64,000 nt of DNA, from positions 38,192-102,191 of the forward strand of contig JAFWZV010000011.1 of NCBI GenBank assembly GCA_017517305.1, in the 5' to 3' direction. The translations under genes were made by a program, and so were the position numbers. The notes under the pieces were generated by a model. It was not told the origin of the DNA, did not search any database, and was given only the letters and a program-made list of their open reading frames with translations. This document shows positions 38,053-48,202 of the stretch, in pieces (the first letter of the stretch is position 1; every line of letters begins with the position of its first letter). This DNA is from Lachnospiraceae bacterium. Its GTDB lineage: Bacteria > Bacillota > Clostridia > Lachnospirales > Lachnospiraceae.

Positions 38053-39098
38053 TGAGTAAGATAATGGATGTAACCCTTAGAGACGGAAGTTATGCTGTTA
38101 ATTTTCAATTTTCTACTGCTGACGTAAAAATTATAGGTAAAGAATTAGATGAATTAGGATATCCGTATATCGAAATTGGACATGGTATGGGAATGGGTGC
38201 TAGTTCTCATAAAAACGGAATTGCACTTAACACAGATTGGGAGTATTTAGAAGCGGCAAAGGATAGCATAAAACAAGCTAAAGTAGGTATGTTTTGTATA
38301 CCTGGTATTGCAAAATTAGAACATATTAGAAAAGCAAAAGAATTAGGGTTAGATTTTGTTAGAATAGGTACAAATGTTGATAGAGTTCAAGAGTCTAAAG
38401 AGTATATTCAAGAAGCAAAAAAATATGGAATGGAAGTTATGGCAAATTATATGAAATCCTATGCGATGAATCCGAAGGATTTTGTAAAACAGGTTCTGTT
38501 ATCTGAACAATATGGTGCGGATGTTGTTTATTTGGTAGATTCTGCAGGTAGTATGTTGCCGAATGATATTGTGGAGTATTATAAAGCCATAAGAGAAAAA
38601 TCACAAATTCGATTAGGGTTTCATGGTCATAATAATCTAGGTTTGGCATTATCAAATAGTTTATTGGCAGAAGAACTCGGGTTCGACTTAATTGATACGT
38701 CGTTGCAGGGATTAGGAAGAAGCTCAGGAAATGCATCTACAGAGTTATTCACAATATGTAGTATGAAAAAGGGGGCTAAAATTAATATAAATTACAAAAG
38801 ATTATTAATGTTTAGTAATAAAATAATTGCACCTTATATAAAGAATAAAGGTATAAATTCAATTGATACTATTTGTGGAGTTGCTGGATTTCATACAAGC
38901 TATCTGCAGGTGATTCATAAAGTTGCAGCATTGTATAGTGTTGACCCATTAGAACTAATTGAAGAGTATAGTAAGCTGGATCAGTTGAATATGAATGAAG
39001 ATAAATTAAGGGATATAGCGAAAGGACTAAGTGAGAATATAGATAGTTTTATTAATGTTAATTTTGTTGATTATTTTGGTCACGAGCAAATAAATTAA
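38052..39098 (+). CDS. HMGL-like (DRE-TIM) aldolase, 4-hydroxy-2-oxovalerate aldolase-like
   Basis: IMDVTLRDGSY, IEIGHGMGMGAS, VYLVDSAGSM, GFHGHNNLGLALSNSL, GLGRSSGNA. Confidence 0.85.
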   Translation: MSKIMDVTLRDGSYAVNFQFSTADVKIIGKELDELGYPYIEIGHGMGMGASSHKNGIALNTDWEYLEAAKDSIKQAKVGMFCIPGIAKLEHIRKAKELGLDFVRIGTNVDRVQESKEYIQEAKKYGMEVMANYMKSYAMNPKDFVKQVLLSEQYGADVVYLVDSAGSMLPNDIVEYYKAIREKSQIRLGFHGHNNLGLALSNSLLAEELGFDLIDTSLQGLGRSSGNASTELFTICSMKKGAKININYKRLLMFSNKIIAPYIKNKGINSIDTICGVAGFHTSYLQVIHKVAALYSVDPLELIEEYSKLDQLNMNEDKLRDIAKGLSENIDSFINVNFVDYFGHEQIN

Positions 39099-39134
39099 AC
39101 AATTTATAGGCATGTAAAGGAGTCTTAGATTATT

Positions 39135-40256
39135 ATGTATATACCATACGGACGACAAGCAATAGACAATAATGACATACAAGCGGTAATAGATGTTCTT
39201 AAATCAGACTATCTTACAACAGGCCCTAAGATAACTGAGTTTGAGAAGAGAGTAGCTGATTATGTAGGAGCAAAATATGCAGTTGCAGTTAATAGTGGAA
39301 CAGCAGCCCTTCATATAGCTTGCTTGGCAGCGGGCATAAAAGAAGGTGATGAGGTAATTACTTCTCCTATAACCTTTGCAGCTTCTTCGAACTGCGTGCT
39401 TTACTGTGGTGGAACTCCTATTTTTGCTGATATCGATGCTGAAACATATAATATAGCTCCGGAAGAAATTGAAAAAAAACTTACTGATAAAACAAAGGCT
39501 GTAATTCCAGTTCACTATACTGGACAACCCTGTGATATGGATAGAATATGGGCTATAGCTAAGAAACATAATCTAACAGTGATAGAGGATGCGGCTCATG
39601 CTCTTGGTGCTTCTTATAAGGGTAAGATGATTGGTAGTCAGTCAGATATGACATGCTTTAGCTTCCATCCGGTCAAACCTATTACTACTGGCGAGGGTGG
39701 TATGGTTGTGACAAATGATGAAGAGTTATATAAGAGACTGGTGCTGTTTAGAAGCCATGGAATAACCAGAGATGAAGAACTTATGACAGAGAATCAAGGT
39801 GGATGGTATTATCAGCAGTTAGAGTTAGGATATAACTATCGAATTACAGATATATCCTGTGCCTTGGGCTGTAGCCAGATGGATAAGCTGGATTTTTTCC
39901 TGGAGAAAAGAAGAACTATAGCTAGAAGATATGATCAGGCTTTTGCTGGAATAGAAGGTATTATAACACCGAAGCAAATTGAAGAATGTGAGAGTGGCTG
40001 GCATCTATATATGATACAGGTAGATAATCGTAAAGAGGTATTCGATAAGTTGCGAGAGGCTGGAATAGGGGTAAATGTGCATTATATACCTGTATATCAG
40101 CATCCATATTATCAGAGGAATGGTTATGATGAGTGTTGCTGTGAGAATGCTGAAAAGTTTTATGCAAGAGCTATAAGCTTACCCATATTCCCTGGGTTGA
40201 CTGAGGAACAACAGCAGTACGTTATAGATAAGATTGTAGAAATAATGACAGTATGA
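39135..40256 (+). CDS. pseC: UDP-4-amino-4,6-dideoxy-beta-L-AltNAc transaminase PseC
   Basis: IPYGRQAI, LTTGPKI, VNSGTAALHIA, IEDAAHALG, FSFHPVKPITTGEGG, LGYNYRITD. Confidence 0.93.
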   Translation: MYIPYGRQAIDNNDIQAVIDVLKSDYLTTGPKITEFEKRVADYVGAKYAVAVNSGTAALHIACLAAGIKEGDEVITSPITFAASSNCVLYCGGTPIFADIDAETYNIAPEEIEKKLTDKTKAVIPVHYTGQPCDMDRIWAIAKKHNLTVIEDAAHALGASYKGKMIGSQSDMTCFSFHPVKPITTGEGGMVVTNDEELYKRLVLFRSHGITRDEELMTENQGGWYYQQLELGYNYRITDISCALGCSQMDKLDFFLEKRRTIARRYDQAFAGIEGIITPKQIEECESGWHLYMIQVDNRKEVFDKLREAGIGVNVHYIPVYQHPYYQRNGYDECCCENAEKFYARAISLPIFPGLTEEQQQYVIDKIVEIMTV

Positions 40257-40266
40257 TGAGGTTGAT

Positions 40267-41301
40267 ATGTTTTATATCCGTGCAGATGCAAATGAAATAA
40301 TTGGAACAGGTCATGTTATGCGTTGCCTTTCTATTGCAGAAGAGTTGCGTAGACAAAGAGAAAAAGTGATATTTCTATTTGCTGATGATAGAACTAAGAA
40401 TTTAATTGAAGAGAAAAACTTCGAGGGTATTTGCTTGAATTCTGTATGGAATGATTTGGATAAAGAAACAAGTCTTATGAAGCAACTTATAGAAAAATAT
40501 GACATAGAGAAACTTTTAATTGATTCTTATTATGTAACAGAGCATTATTTAGAGGAATTAAATAAAGTCACAAATGTAATATACATAGATGATATGTTGG
40601 CATTTCCTTACCCTGTTCAAGTTCTTATTAATTATAATATATTTGCCACTGAGGAAAAATATCAGCAGTTATATGGGGACAAGTATAGCGATACACAGTT
40701 TCTATTAGGTTGCAAATATGCACCATTGCGACAAGAGTTTCAAGATGTTAAGCGAGTGGCAAATGACAAGATAAATAGTATATTAATCTCATCAGGAGGA
40801 ACAGATACCTATAATATAACAGGAAATTTTTTATGTGCGTTAAGAACACAAAAATGGTTTGAAGAGACAGATATTCATGTGATTATAGGAAGGTTTAATA
40901 AAAATAAAGAGACTTTAGAAAAAGAGTGGTATAACTGCAAGAATGTAAAGCTTCATTATAATATTCATAATATGTCGGATTATATGAAATCATGTGATAT
41001 AGCTGTTTCCGCGGGAGGAGTAACCACATACGAGTTGTGTGCTTGTGGAATACCTACAATTATGTATACATTAGCAGATAATCAGCTTGAGATTGCTGAT
41101 ATAGCATCTGATATGGGACTGGTTCATTATGCTGGAGATATTAGAGAGCATATGGAGGATTGTTTGGAGATAATAATATCAAGAATAGATGTCTTACGAC
41201 AAGATGTAGAATTAAGAAGAGATATTAGTATCAAGATGCAACAGGTTGTTGATGGTAAAGGATGTTTAAGATTAGTAAAACATATGTGTGTAGAGACATG
41301 A
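40267..41301 (+). CDS. pseG: UDP-2,4-diacylamino-2,4,6-trideoxy-beta-L-altropyranose hydrolase PseG
   Basis: IRADANEIIGTGHVMRCLSIA, LLIDSYYV, YAPLRQEF, GGTD, AVSAGGVTTYELC, ADNQ; no fused GNAT (PseH) domain. Confidence 0.92.
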   Translation: MFYIRADANEIIGTGHVMRCLSIAEELRRQREKVIFLFADDRTKNLIEEKNFEGICLNSVWNDLDKETSLMKQLIEKYDIEKLLIDSYYVTEHYLEELNKVTNVIYIDDMLAFPYPVQVLINYNIFATEEKYQQLYGDKYSDTQFLLGCKYAPLRQEFQDVKRVANDKINSILISSGGTDTYNITGNFLCALRTQKWFEETDIHVIIGRFNKNKETLEKEWYNCKNVKLHYNIHNMSDYMKSCDIAVSAGGVTTYELCACGIPTIMYTLADNQLEIADIASDMGLVHYAGDIREHMEDCLEIIISRIDVLRQDVELRRDISIKMQQVVDGKGCLRLVKHMCVET

Positions 41302-41313
41302 GAGGATAGAATT

Positions 41314-42621
41314 ATGAGCAAGACAGGACAAGATATATATAGCTTTACGGCATCAATATTCCCCATATGCAGAAGTTTGACTGGAAATGGCGTAAGAGAA
41401 ACATTAGCAATGATAAATGAATATATATCCGAAACAGGCTTGAACTTAAATATTTATGAAATTCCTACAGGAACGCAAGTATTTGATTGGACTATACCAA
41501 AGGAGTGGGAAATTAGAGCTGGATATATAGAGGACGAAAATGGTGACAAAATAATAGATTTTTTAGATAACAATCTTCACATTTTAGGTTACTCAACACC
41601 AATTGATAGATGGGTAGATTTAGAAGAATTAAAGAAAAATATTTACACACAGCCTGAGCAACCAGATGTAATTCCATACGTGACTTCATATTATCGAGAG
41701 AGATATGGCTTTTGTATGAGTGAAATTCAAAAGAATTCTCTACGTCCAGGTAAGTATCATATGTATATAGATAGTGAACTAAGAGATGGTAGTCTTACAT
41801 ATGCAGACTTAGTGATTCAAGGCAAGAGCGATCAAGAGATAATGATTACTAGTTATATATGTCATCCTTCCATGGCAAATAATGAGTGTTCTGGTCCAGC
41901 GGTGTTGGCAGAGCTTATCAAGTATGTTAATGCCATGGAAAATAGGAGATATACTTATAGATTTGTTTTGAATCCTGAAACTATTGGTGCTATCACGTAT
42001 TTGAGTAAGAAGTATCAGCATTTGAAAGAAAAACTGGTTGCTGGAGTAGTGTTATCATGTGTGGGTGATGATAGAGCATACTCTATAATAGAATCAAGAT
42101 ATGCGGATACTATAGCAGACAAAGGATTAAAGAATATTTTAAGCCATCATGGAAATGTATATAACTATTCTTACCTAAGTCGTGGTTCAGATGAAAGACA
42201 GTATAATGCTCCTGGAATTGATCTTCCAGTAGTAGGATTTTGTAGAAGTAAGTATGGTGAGTATAATGAATATCACACATCTGCTGATAATATGGACCTA
42301 GTATCACCTGAGGGTTTTCAGGGAAGCTATGATGTGATGACTGAGTGGATTCGGGCTATGGAGATAAACGACTATTATAAGGTTACAGTATTGTGTGAAC
42401 CACAGCTAGGTAAAAGAGGACTATATCCAACCATAAGTCAAAAAGGTAGCTATAATGAGGTGAAAGCCATGACCGACTTTATAGCCTATGCGGATGGAAA
42501 AAATGATGTGTTTGATATAAGCAATATAATAGGAATTCCTGTAAAGGATATTATTCCGATTATAGAAAAGCTATTTGAAGCTGGCTTGGTTGAGAAGAGA
42601 TTGGTGAATTTTAAAGACTAA
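41314..42621 (+). CDS. DUF4910 (M28 peptidase-like) protein
   Basis: FPICRSLTGNGVRETL, VFDWTIPKEWEI, YICHPSMANNECSGP, GSDERQYNAPG, YHTSADN, EPQLGKRGLYPT, AYADGKND. Confidence 0.88.
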   Translation: MSKTGQDIYSFTASIFPICRSLTGNGVRETLAMINEYISETGLNLNIYEIPTGTQVFDWTIPKEWEIRAGYIEDENGDKIIDFLDNNLHILGYSTPIDRWVDLEELKKNIYTQPEQPDVIPYVTSYYRERYGFCMSEIQKNSLRPGKYHMYIDSELRDGSLTYADLVIQGKSDQEIMITSYICHPSMANNECSGPAVLAELIKYVNAMENRRYTYRFVLNPETIGAITYLSKKYQHLKEKLVAGVVLSCVGDDRAYSIIESRYADTIADKGLKNILSHHGNVYNYSYLSRGSDERQYNAPGIDLPVVGFCRSKYGEYNEYHTSADNMDLVSPEGFQGSYDVMTEWIRAMEINDYYKVTVLCEPQLGKRGLYPTISQKGSYNEVKAMTDFIAYADGKNDVFDISNIIGIPVKDIIPIIEKLFEAGLVEKRLVNFKD

Positions 42622-42665
42622 ATTATAAGTTTGAAAGTAATTTAATGAAGAAATGAGGGCAAAAA

Positions 42666-43886
42666 ATGCGAAGTTATGCTGAAGAATTAAGACAATTATG
42701 GTTTTTGGATTGGGATATATCACAGGAAGACAAAATTTACTTTCCATCAGGGTGGTTCAACGGTTTAATAGAGGCAGATTTAAAAACAGGTGAAGGAAAG
42801 ATTATATCTAGTTTTCCAGGAGAAATAGGAGTAGTAGGCGATTTAATATATGATGTGTTGAGAGTTGAAAATAAACTGTATTTTTGTCCAAGAAGCACAA
42901 ATAAATTGTATGTATATGATTTTGAAAAGAAAAAAATGCTAACATATGATTTTCCTAAGAATGAAGCTTATTGGGAAGAACGTGAGTGTAAGTTTGGCAA
43001 GTTAGTGTATCGTGATAGATATGTATTTATTATGCCAGTAAACTATAATCGGATTTTGCGTTTTGATCTTGATAAAGAAGAGTTTCTGGTGATTGATAAT
43101 TGGTTTAAAAAATTCAAAGAACTGTCAGGATATATACCTAAAAAAGAAAAGTGGAAAAGTTTTTTTCAAAACCATATAACATACAATGACAAAATTTTAT
43201 GGCAAGTGATGAATACAGAGCACTTTTGTTGCTTTGATATGTTGACCAACGATACTTCGTATGTGAAATTTGATGGAGGACTCATTGTAAGTGTAGAAAA
43301 ATCAGATGTTGATACTATATTTGTATGCGAAGACGGAAGGTGTTGGCGTTATAATGTTTTTAAGAGTGATTTCGAGGTAATAACCACTATTGCAATGGAC
43401 TTGAGCGATATTTTTAATTTATTTGTAAGAGTTGACCATACATGTTATTTTGCTTCAATATCAAATAATGAATTAATATCATACGATATTATAACAAAGA
43501 AAAAAGAAATAATAAAGATAAAAACTGATGGTAATTATTATGATAATTCTATCGGTGAAAAATGGAATAGACAATTATTAGCAATTAAGAAAAAAGATAA
43601 ATGCATTTATATGCAGAATAAACATAATGAAATAGTTATATTTAACACCTTGACCAAAGAGTATAAGACGAAACGTTTATTGTTAGATTCATATGAAAGC
43701 ATAAATTGGGAGATGAATCTAGAAGTGGATGAATTTAGTAAAAAATACTCCTTTTTCCCATATACATCGTCTAATCTGGAAATTCTAATTTATAGATTGA
43801 AAATGATGAAAAAAATGGGTAAAAATGAGGAATTTGATAGTTATGGTGGAGCAATTTACAAAAAAATATTTGAAGTAGGTAGGTAG
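42666..43886 (+). CDS. Hypothetical beta-propeller-like protein
   Basis: Repeated beta-strand units (IYFPSG.FNGLIEADL, LYFCPRSTNKLYVYD, VFIMPVNYNRILRFD). Confidence 0.55.
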   Translation: MRSYAEELRQLWFLDWDISQEDKIYFPSGWFNGLIEADLKTGEGKIISSFPGEIGVVGDLIYDVLRVENKLYFCPRSTNKLYVYDFEKKKMLTYDFPKNEAYWEERECKFGKLVYRDRYVFIMPVNYNRILRFDLDKEEFLVIDNWFKKFKELSGYIPKKEKWKSFFQNHITYNDKILWQVMNTEHFCCFDMLTNDTSYVKFDGGLIVSVEKSDVDTIFVCEDGRCWRYNVFKSDFEVITTIAMDLSDIFNLFVRVDHTCYFASISNNELISYDIITKKKEIIKIKTDGNYYDNSIGEKWNRQLLAIKKKDKCIYMQNKHNEIVIFNTLTKEYKTKRLLLDSYESINWEMNLEVDEFSKKYSFFPYTSSNLEILIYRLKMMKKMGKNEEFDSYGGAIYKKIFEVGR

Positions 43887-44863
43887 TGACGATGTGGATT
43901 TCTAGCACCATATGTGATAAATTCAAAAGAATTAAGAAAAATAAAATTATTGATAAAGCACCTAATTTATATATTGAGAATTTAAAAAAGCTTAGCGTAG
44001 AAATCAATAATAACGTTCCTTCGGATAGGGTGGCTACTAATGATATGTATGGACATGCATATCATATAAAAAAATATGTTGAAATAGAAGAAGATAAAGT
44101 ACTGAATTGTGCTATAGAGCATGGTAGTAATATTGGTAATCGATTTGTTGGTATAGATGAAGTAATACACCCTGTAAAAACAGTACTTGCATTTAGTGAG
44201 CATAGGAAAAAAGTCATTCAAGAGTTAACGCAAAAAACAGTTATACCAGTAGGTCCTTATATCTCATATGCTGATTCCTATTGTTCGAATGAAGAAATTC
44301 AGCGTAGAAAACAAAAAAATGGTAGGACCTTGTTAGTGTTTCCTAGTCATAGTATAACAGGTGCAAATGCAAAATATGATATGGACAACTTTATTTTAGA
44401 AATAAATAAAGTAAAAAAGGATTTTGATAAGGTTATGGTTTGCCTATTTTATCAAGATGTTAGAATAGGTCTAGCAGATGTATATAAGAAGCAAGGCTAT
44501 GAGGTGGTATGTGCAGGATATATATATGATAAGTTTTTTCTCAGCAGACTAAAAATGATATTACAGCTCTCGGATGCGGTAATTGTAAATGGATACTCAA
44601 CTGGAGTAGCATATGCATTATGTCTTGATAAGCCTGTGTATTTTTATCAGCAAAGAATAACATATACAAATGAATTGAATTACAATTTTATGAAAAGAAA
44701 ACGTGATTATAACTATCTGGATGAACTGGTAGAGATATCATCAGATAGATATTTTGGAAATTTACAAAAGCAAAAAGAATGGGGAAATTACTTGTTTGGT
44801 TTCGATTGCGTAAAAACAAAGGAATCGTTGGGAGAAATATTAAAACCGTTAGTAAGGTGGTAG
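43886..44863 (+). CDS. Uncharacterised GT-B-like protein, candidate nonulosonate transferase
   Basis: AIEHG, VIPVGPY, LLVFPSHS and C-terminal SDAVIVNGYSTGVAYALCLDKPVYF, the ST..EA...KPV-type ending of CMP/CDP-donor GT-B enzymes. Confidence 0.45.
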   Translation: MTMWISSTICDKFKRIKKNKIIDKAPNLYIENLKKLSVEINNNVPSDRVATNDMYGHAYHIKKYVEIEEDKVLNCAIEHGSNIGNRFVGIDEVIHPVKTVLAFSEHRKKVIQELTQKTVIPVGPYISYADSYCSNEEIQRRKQKNGRTLLVFPSHSITGANAKYDMDNFILEINKVKKDFDKVMVCLFYQDVRIGLADVYKKQGYEVVCAGYIYDKFFLSRLKMILQLSDAVIVNGYSTGVAYALCLDKPVYFYQQRITYTNELNYNFMKRKRDYNYLDELVEISSDRYFGNLQKQKEWGNYLFGFDCVKTKESLGEILKPLVRW

Positions 44864-44867
44864 ATAT

Positions 44868-45353
44868 ATGAAAATTGCTATAATCATATTATTATCTTTT
44901 GTTTTGGGGATGTTTTTTATGGATTATATTATCTCCAAGCATAATGATAGCAGCAAGAAAGAAGATTTAATTAAAAAAATATCTTTGTATTATCATACCT
45001 TTAATTTGTGGATGGATATAAAACAACAAGGAGTTGATGTTGCAGGATACATGAAAAAACAGGGTTATGAAAGAGTTGCTATATATGGTATGAAAGAGTT
45101 GGGAGAACGTTTATATGTGGAATTAACCCAAGCTGAAATAGATGTAATCTGTGTGATTGATGGTAATAAGAATGTGTTAGGAGATTTCAAGTTATTATCA
45201 CCCAATGATGATATTCCAGAGATAGATGTTCTTATCGTTACAGCAGAATATTATTTTGATGAAATTAATAATAAGATGGAAAAGAAAGTAAATTGTCCTA
45301 TTCTAAAATTATCTGAATTATTGTGTGATGCGTCTGGAATAGCATGGAGATAG
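44868..45353 (+). CDS. Hypothetical protein: N-terminal TM helix + stand-alone Rossmann-like module
   Basis: MKIAIIILLSFVLGMFF; RVAIYGMKELGERL...VIDGN...DVLIVT. Confidence 0.6.
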   Translation: MKIAIIILLSFVLGMFFMDYIISKHNDSSKKEDLIKKISLYYHTFNLWMDIKQQGVDVAGYMKKQGYERVAIYGMKELGERLYVELTQAEIDVICVIDGNKNVLGDFKLLSPNDDIPEIDVLIVTAEYYFDEINNKMEKKVNCPILKLSELLCDASGIAWR

Positions 45354-45415
45354 GTGTTAAGGAGTTATTTTTACCATGCACATAAATATAAGTAGCTGAA
45401 GAGGTAATATATATT

Positions 45416-46954
45416 ATGAAAGTCTTATCAATGTACCTACCACAATTTCATAGAGTAAAAGAAAACGACGAATGGTGGGGAGAGGGCTTTACAGATTGGG
45501 TAAGTGCAAAGAATGCAGAAGTCTTATTCGAAGGGCATTATCAGCCTCATGTACCATTAGATGGATATTACTATGATTTGATGGACAAAAAAACTATGCA
45601 ATGGCAAGCAGAGTTAATGCATAAATACGGTGTGGATGGCATGTGTATGTACCACTATTGGTTTAAGGATGGGCGTCAGATTTTAGAAAAACCTGTGGAA
45701 AAACTTCTTGAGTGGTCTGATATTAATATGCCTTTTTGTTTTTGTTGGGCTAATGAGACATGGGCAAGATCATGGAGCAATTTGGTTGCTTCGGGAGGAT
45801 TATCCATGGCAAATGTATGGTCTGATAAATTCGAGACATCAAATGCAGAAGGTAAAAATGGTATTCTGTTGGAACAGAAGTATGGAAATAGAGAGCAATG
45901 GAAGCAACATTTTGAATACTTACTACCATTTTTTAAGGATAGCAGATATATAAGAATAGATAATAAACCTTTATTTATGATATACGAAACCAGCAAGATA
46001 ACATGTTTGGGCGATATGTTAGATTATTGGAGAGAACTAGCATTAGAAAATGATTTAGATGGAATATATATTATAGGAGCAGGATGTAGCTATAGTGTGT
46101 ATAAGTACATAGATGCGGCTGTAAAATTGCAACCTAAATCTAGTATAGGAAAAATGAGGGTTATGGATAACTGGACAAAGGAGCTAGAGATGTTTTCCTA
46201 TGACTCTGCGTGGGACACTGTGCTTGCAGAAAAACCAGAGGATATAAAAACTTATTTTGGAGGGTTTGTAGGTTATGACGATACTCCACGAAGAGGGAAA
46301 AATGGATGCGTAATTAAAGGGGCAACTCCTGAAAAATTCAAACAGTATTTAAGAAAGCTTTTTGCTAAGAATATGGCATATGGAAACGATATAACATTTA
46401 TCAATGCGTGGAATGAGTGGGGAGAGGGCATGCATCTTGAACCAGATGAAGAAAATAAGTATGAATATTTGGATGCAATAAGTGAGGTCAAGAAAGAAAA
46501 AATAACAGAATTACCAGATATTGAATTATCACCAGCTATAGTTTGTGCTCAAGAGGATGAATTAAGAAAAAATCAAATTCTTCGTAAGAAGAATGAAGAT
46601 TATCTTCGCATGGCAGATTATTGGCTTTCCTTAAAGGAACAGGGAAGAAGCTTGGCTCAGGAACTAATACATAAGGGTATAAAAAGTGTTCTGATATATG
46701 GTTGTGGTATATTTTTTAAACATCTGTCGTTTGATTTGCTGGAAGGAAATATAAAAATAAAAGGAATTATTGATCAGAGGGGAGAAAAACTCAGTGCAGA
46801 GTATGAGATTTTTACACCAGACGACGTTTTCCCAGATGTGGATTTAATTATTATAGCAACGCCGTACTATTATGAAGAAATGGCAGAAGTATTAAAGGCT
46901 AAGGGATATTCTAATTATGTTTCTCTGGAAAATTTAATCATGGAAGCTTTGTAG
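45416..46954 (+). CDS. WbsX-family (GH99-like fold) protein with C-terminal Rossmann-like module
   Basis: MYLPQFHRVKENDEWWGEGFTDW, MYHYWF, FCFCWANETW, GYDDTPRRG, FINAWNEWGEGMHLEPD. Confidence 0.88.
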   Translation: MKVLSMYLPQFHRVKENDEWWGEGFTDWVSAKNAEVLFEGHYQPHVPLDGYYYDLMDKKTMQWQAELMHKYGVDGMCMYHYWFKDGRQILEKPVEKLLEWSDINMPFCFCWANETWARSWSNLVASGGLSMANVWSDKFETSNAEGKNGILLEQKYGNREQWKQHFEYLLPFFKDSRYIRIDNKPLFMIYETSKITCLGDMLDYWRELALENDLDGIYIIGAGCSYSVYKYIDAAVKLQPKSSIGKMRVMDNWTKELEMFSYDSAWDTVLAEKPEDIKTYFGGFVGYDDTPRRGKNGCVIKGATPEKFKQYLRKLFAKNMAYGNDITFINAWNEWGEGMHLEPDEENKYEYLDAISEVKKEKITELPDIELSPAIVCAQEDELRKNQILRKKNEDYLRMADYWLSLKEQGRSLAQELIHKGIKSVLIYGCGIFFKHLSFDLLEGNIKIKGIIDQRGEKLSAEYEIFTPDDVFPDVDLIIIATPYYYEEMAEVLKAKGYSNYVSLENLIMEAL

Positions 46955-47004
46955 AATTGATGATTTAAGGCTGATATATACGATAAAGTAAAAAGGGGTG
47001 CAGT

Positions 47005-48171
47005 ATGTCAATTAAAGTATCTGTTATAGTTACAGTTTATAACGAAGAATTGTATATTAGAGAATGTTTGGACAGCATTATGAGTCAAACATATGACAAT
47101 TGTGAAGTGATTGTTGTGGATGACGGTTCTAAAGATGGTTCAAGAGATATTTGTTTAGAGTACAAGGATAGAGATAATGTAACCCTGATATTTAAAGAAA
47201 ATGGTGGGCAAAGTTCAGCAAGAAAAAAGGGTCTTTATACATCTACAGGAGAAGCAGTTATATTTGTGGATGGCGATGACTGGCTAGAACCTGATCACAT
47301 TCAAAATTTAACAAGTAAATTTGGTGCGGATGTGGATATGGTTACATCTGGAAGTATAATGAGGGATGGTGACAAGGTAACTAATATTTTCGATGTTGTG
47401 CCTGAAGGAGAATATAATTGTGATGATATAAGGAGTAAGATACTGCCAGATTATATTTGCGACAAAGTAAGCAAAAAACAAATAATCACCCAATTTATTA
47501 CTAATAAATTATTTAGAATAGATTGTGCAAAGAAAGGTCTAGAATATGTTGATGAAAGAATTCGTTTTAATGAAGATGGATTGGCTTTGTGCAAGGTTTT
47601 GGTTGATGCTAAAAAAATTGTTGTGACACGTTATGCTGGTCATAATTATAGACAGCATGCCACTTCAATATGTCATTCTCCTAAAAAAGAATTGCTATGT
47701 GGTTTGCCATTGTTAGAAAAGGGCTACAATGAATTGCTGGGGAATATTATATCTAAAAAAGAAATCCTTGATCAGATATGTATGAATACTATGCATGTGT
47801 TTTTAGATGCTGCATTGTCTGATTATAATATTAAGATGGTGAGACGTTTTGTTACACCTTGGAAAATAATAAATGCTAATACTAAAGTAGCAATTTATGG
47901 AGCTGGACAAAAGGGTAGCTTGTATAGGGATGAAATAGAACAGGAGACAAACGTTGTTCTATGGGTTGATAAAAACTATAGTAGCATTAAAAGAAAATAT
48001 GAAGTGCAGGATCCTATGGAACTATTGAATATTCAATTTGATGTGTTACTGATAGCGATAGAGAATGAGTACATTCAAATGGATGTTCAAAGCGAATTGA
48101 TAGCCAAGGGGATAAAGTCGGATAAAATTTGGCCATTAAGAACAGAGTTGGTATGGGAAAAGACAAGATGA
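47005..48171 (+). CDS. Glycosyltransferase family 2
   Basis: VSVIVTVYNEELYIRECLDSI, VVDDGSKD, NGGQSSARKKG, FVDGDD. Confidence 0.9.
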   Translation: MSIKVSVIVTVYNEELYIRECLDSIMSQTYDNCEVIVVDDGSKDGSRDICLEYKDRDNVTLIFKENGGQSSARKKGLYTSTGEAVIFVDGDDWLEPDHIQNLTSKFGADVDMVTSGSIMRDGDKVTNIFDVVPEGEYNCDDIRSKILPDYICDKVSKKQIITQFITNKLFRIDCAKKGLEYVDERIRFNEDGLALCKVLVDAKKIVVTRYAGHNYRQHATSICHSPKKELLCGLPLLEKGYNELLGNIISKKEILDQICMNTMHVFLDAALSDYNIKMVRRFVTPWKIINANTKVAIYGAGQKGSLYRDEIEQETNVVLWVDKNYSSIKRKYEVQDPMELLNIQFDVLLIAIENEYIQMDVQSELIAKGIKSDKIWPLRTELVWEKTR

Positions 48172-48202
48172 TAGTAACCTTATTATAAGAAAGGGACAAC
48201 CT

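Noticed and set aside
38052-39098. dmpG/mhpE of aromatic catabolism
   Set aside because: No acylating acetaldehyde dehydrogenase partner or meta-cleavage genes nearby
39472-39479. A8 tract in pseC (and T8 near 35610) as phase-variation switches
   Set aside because: Short A/T runs are expected in AT-rich DNA, both frames are intact, and no long G/C tracts were seen
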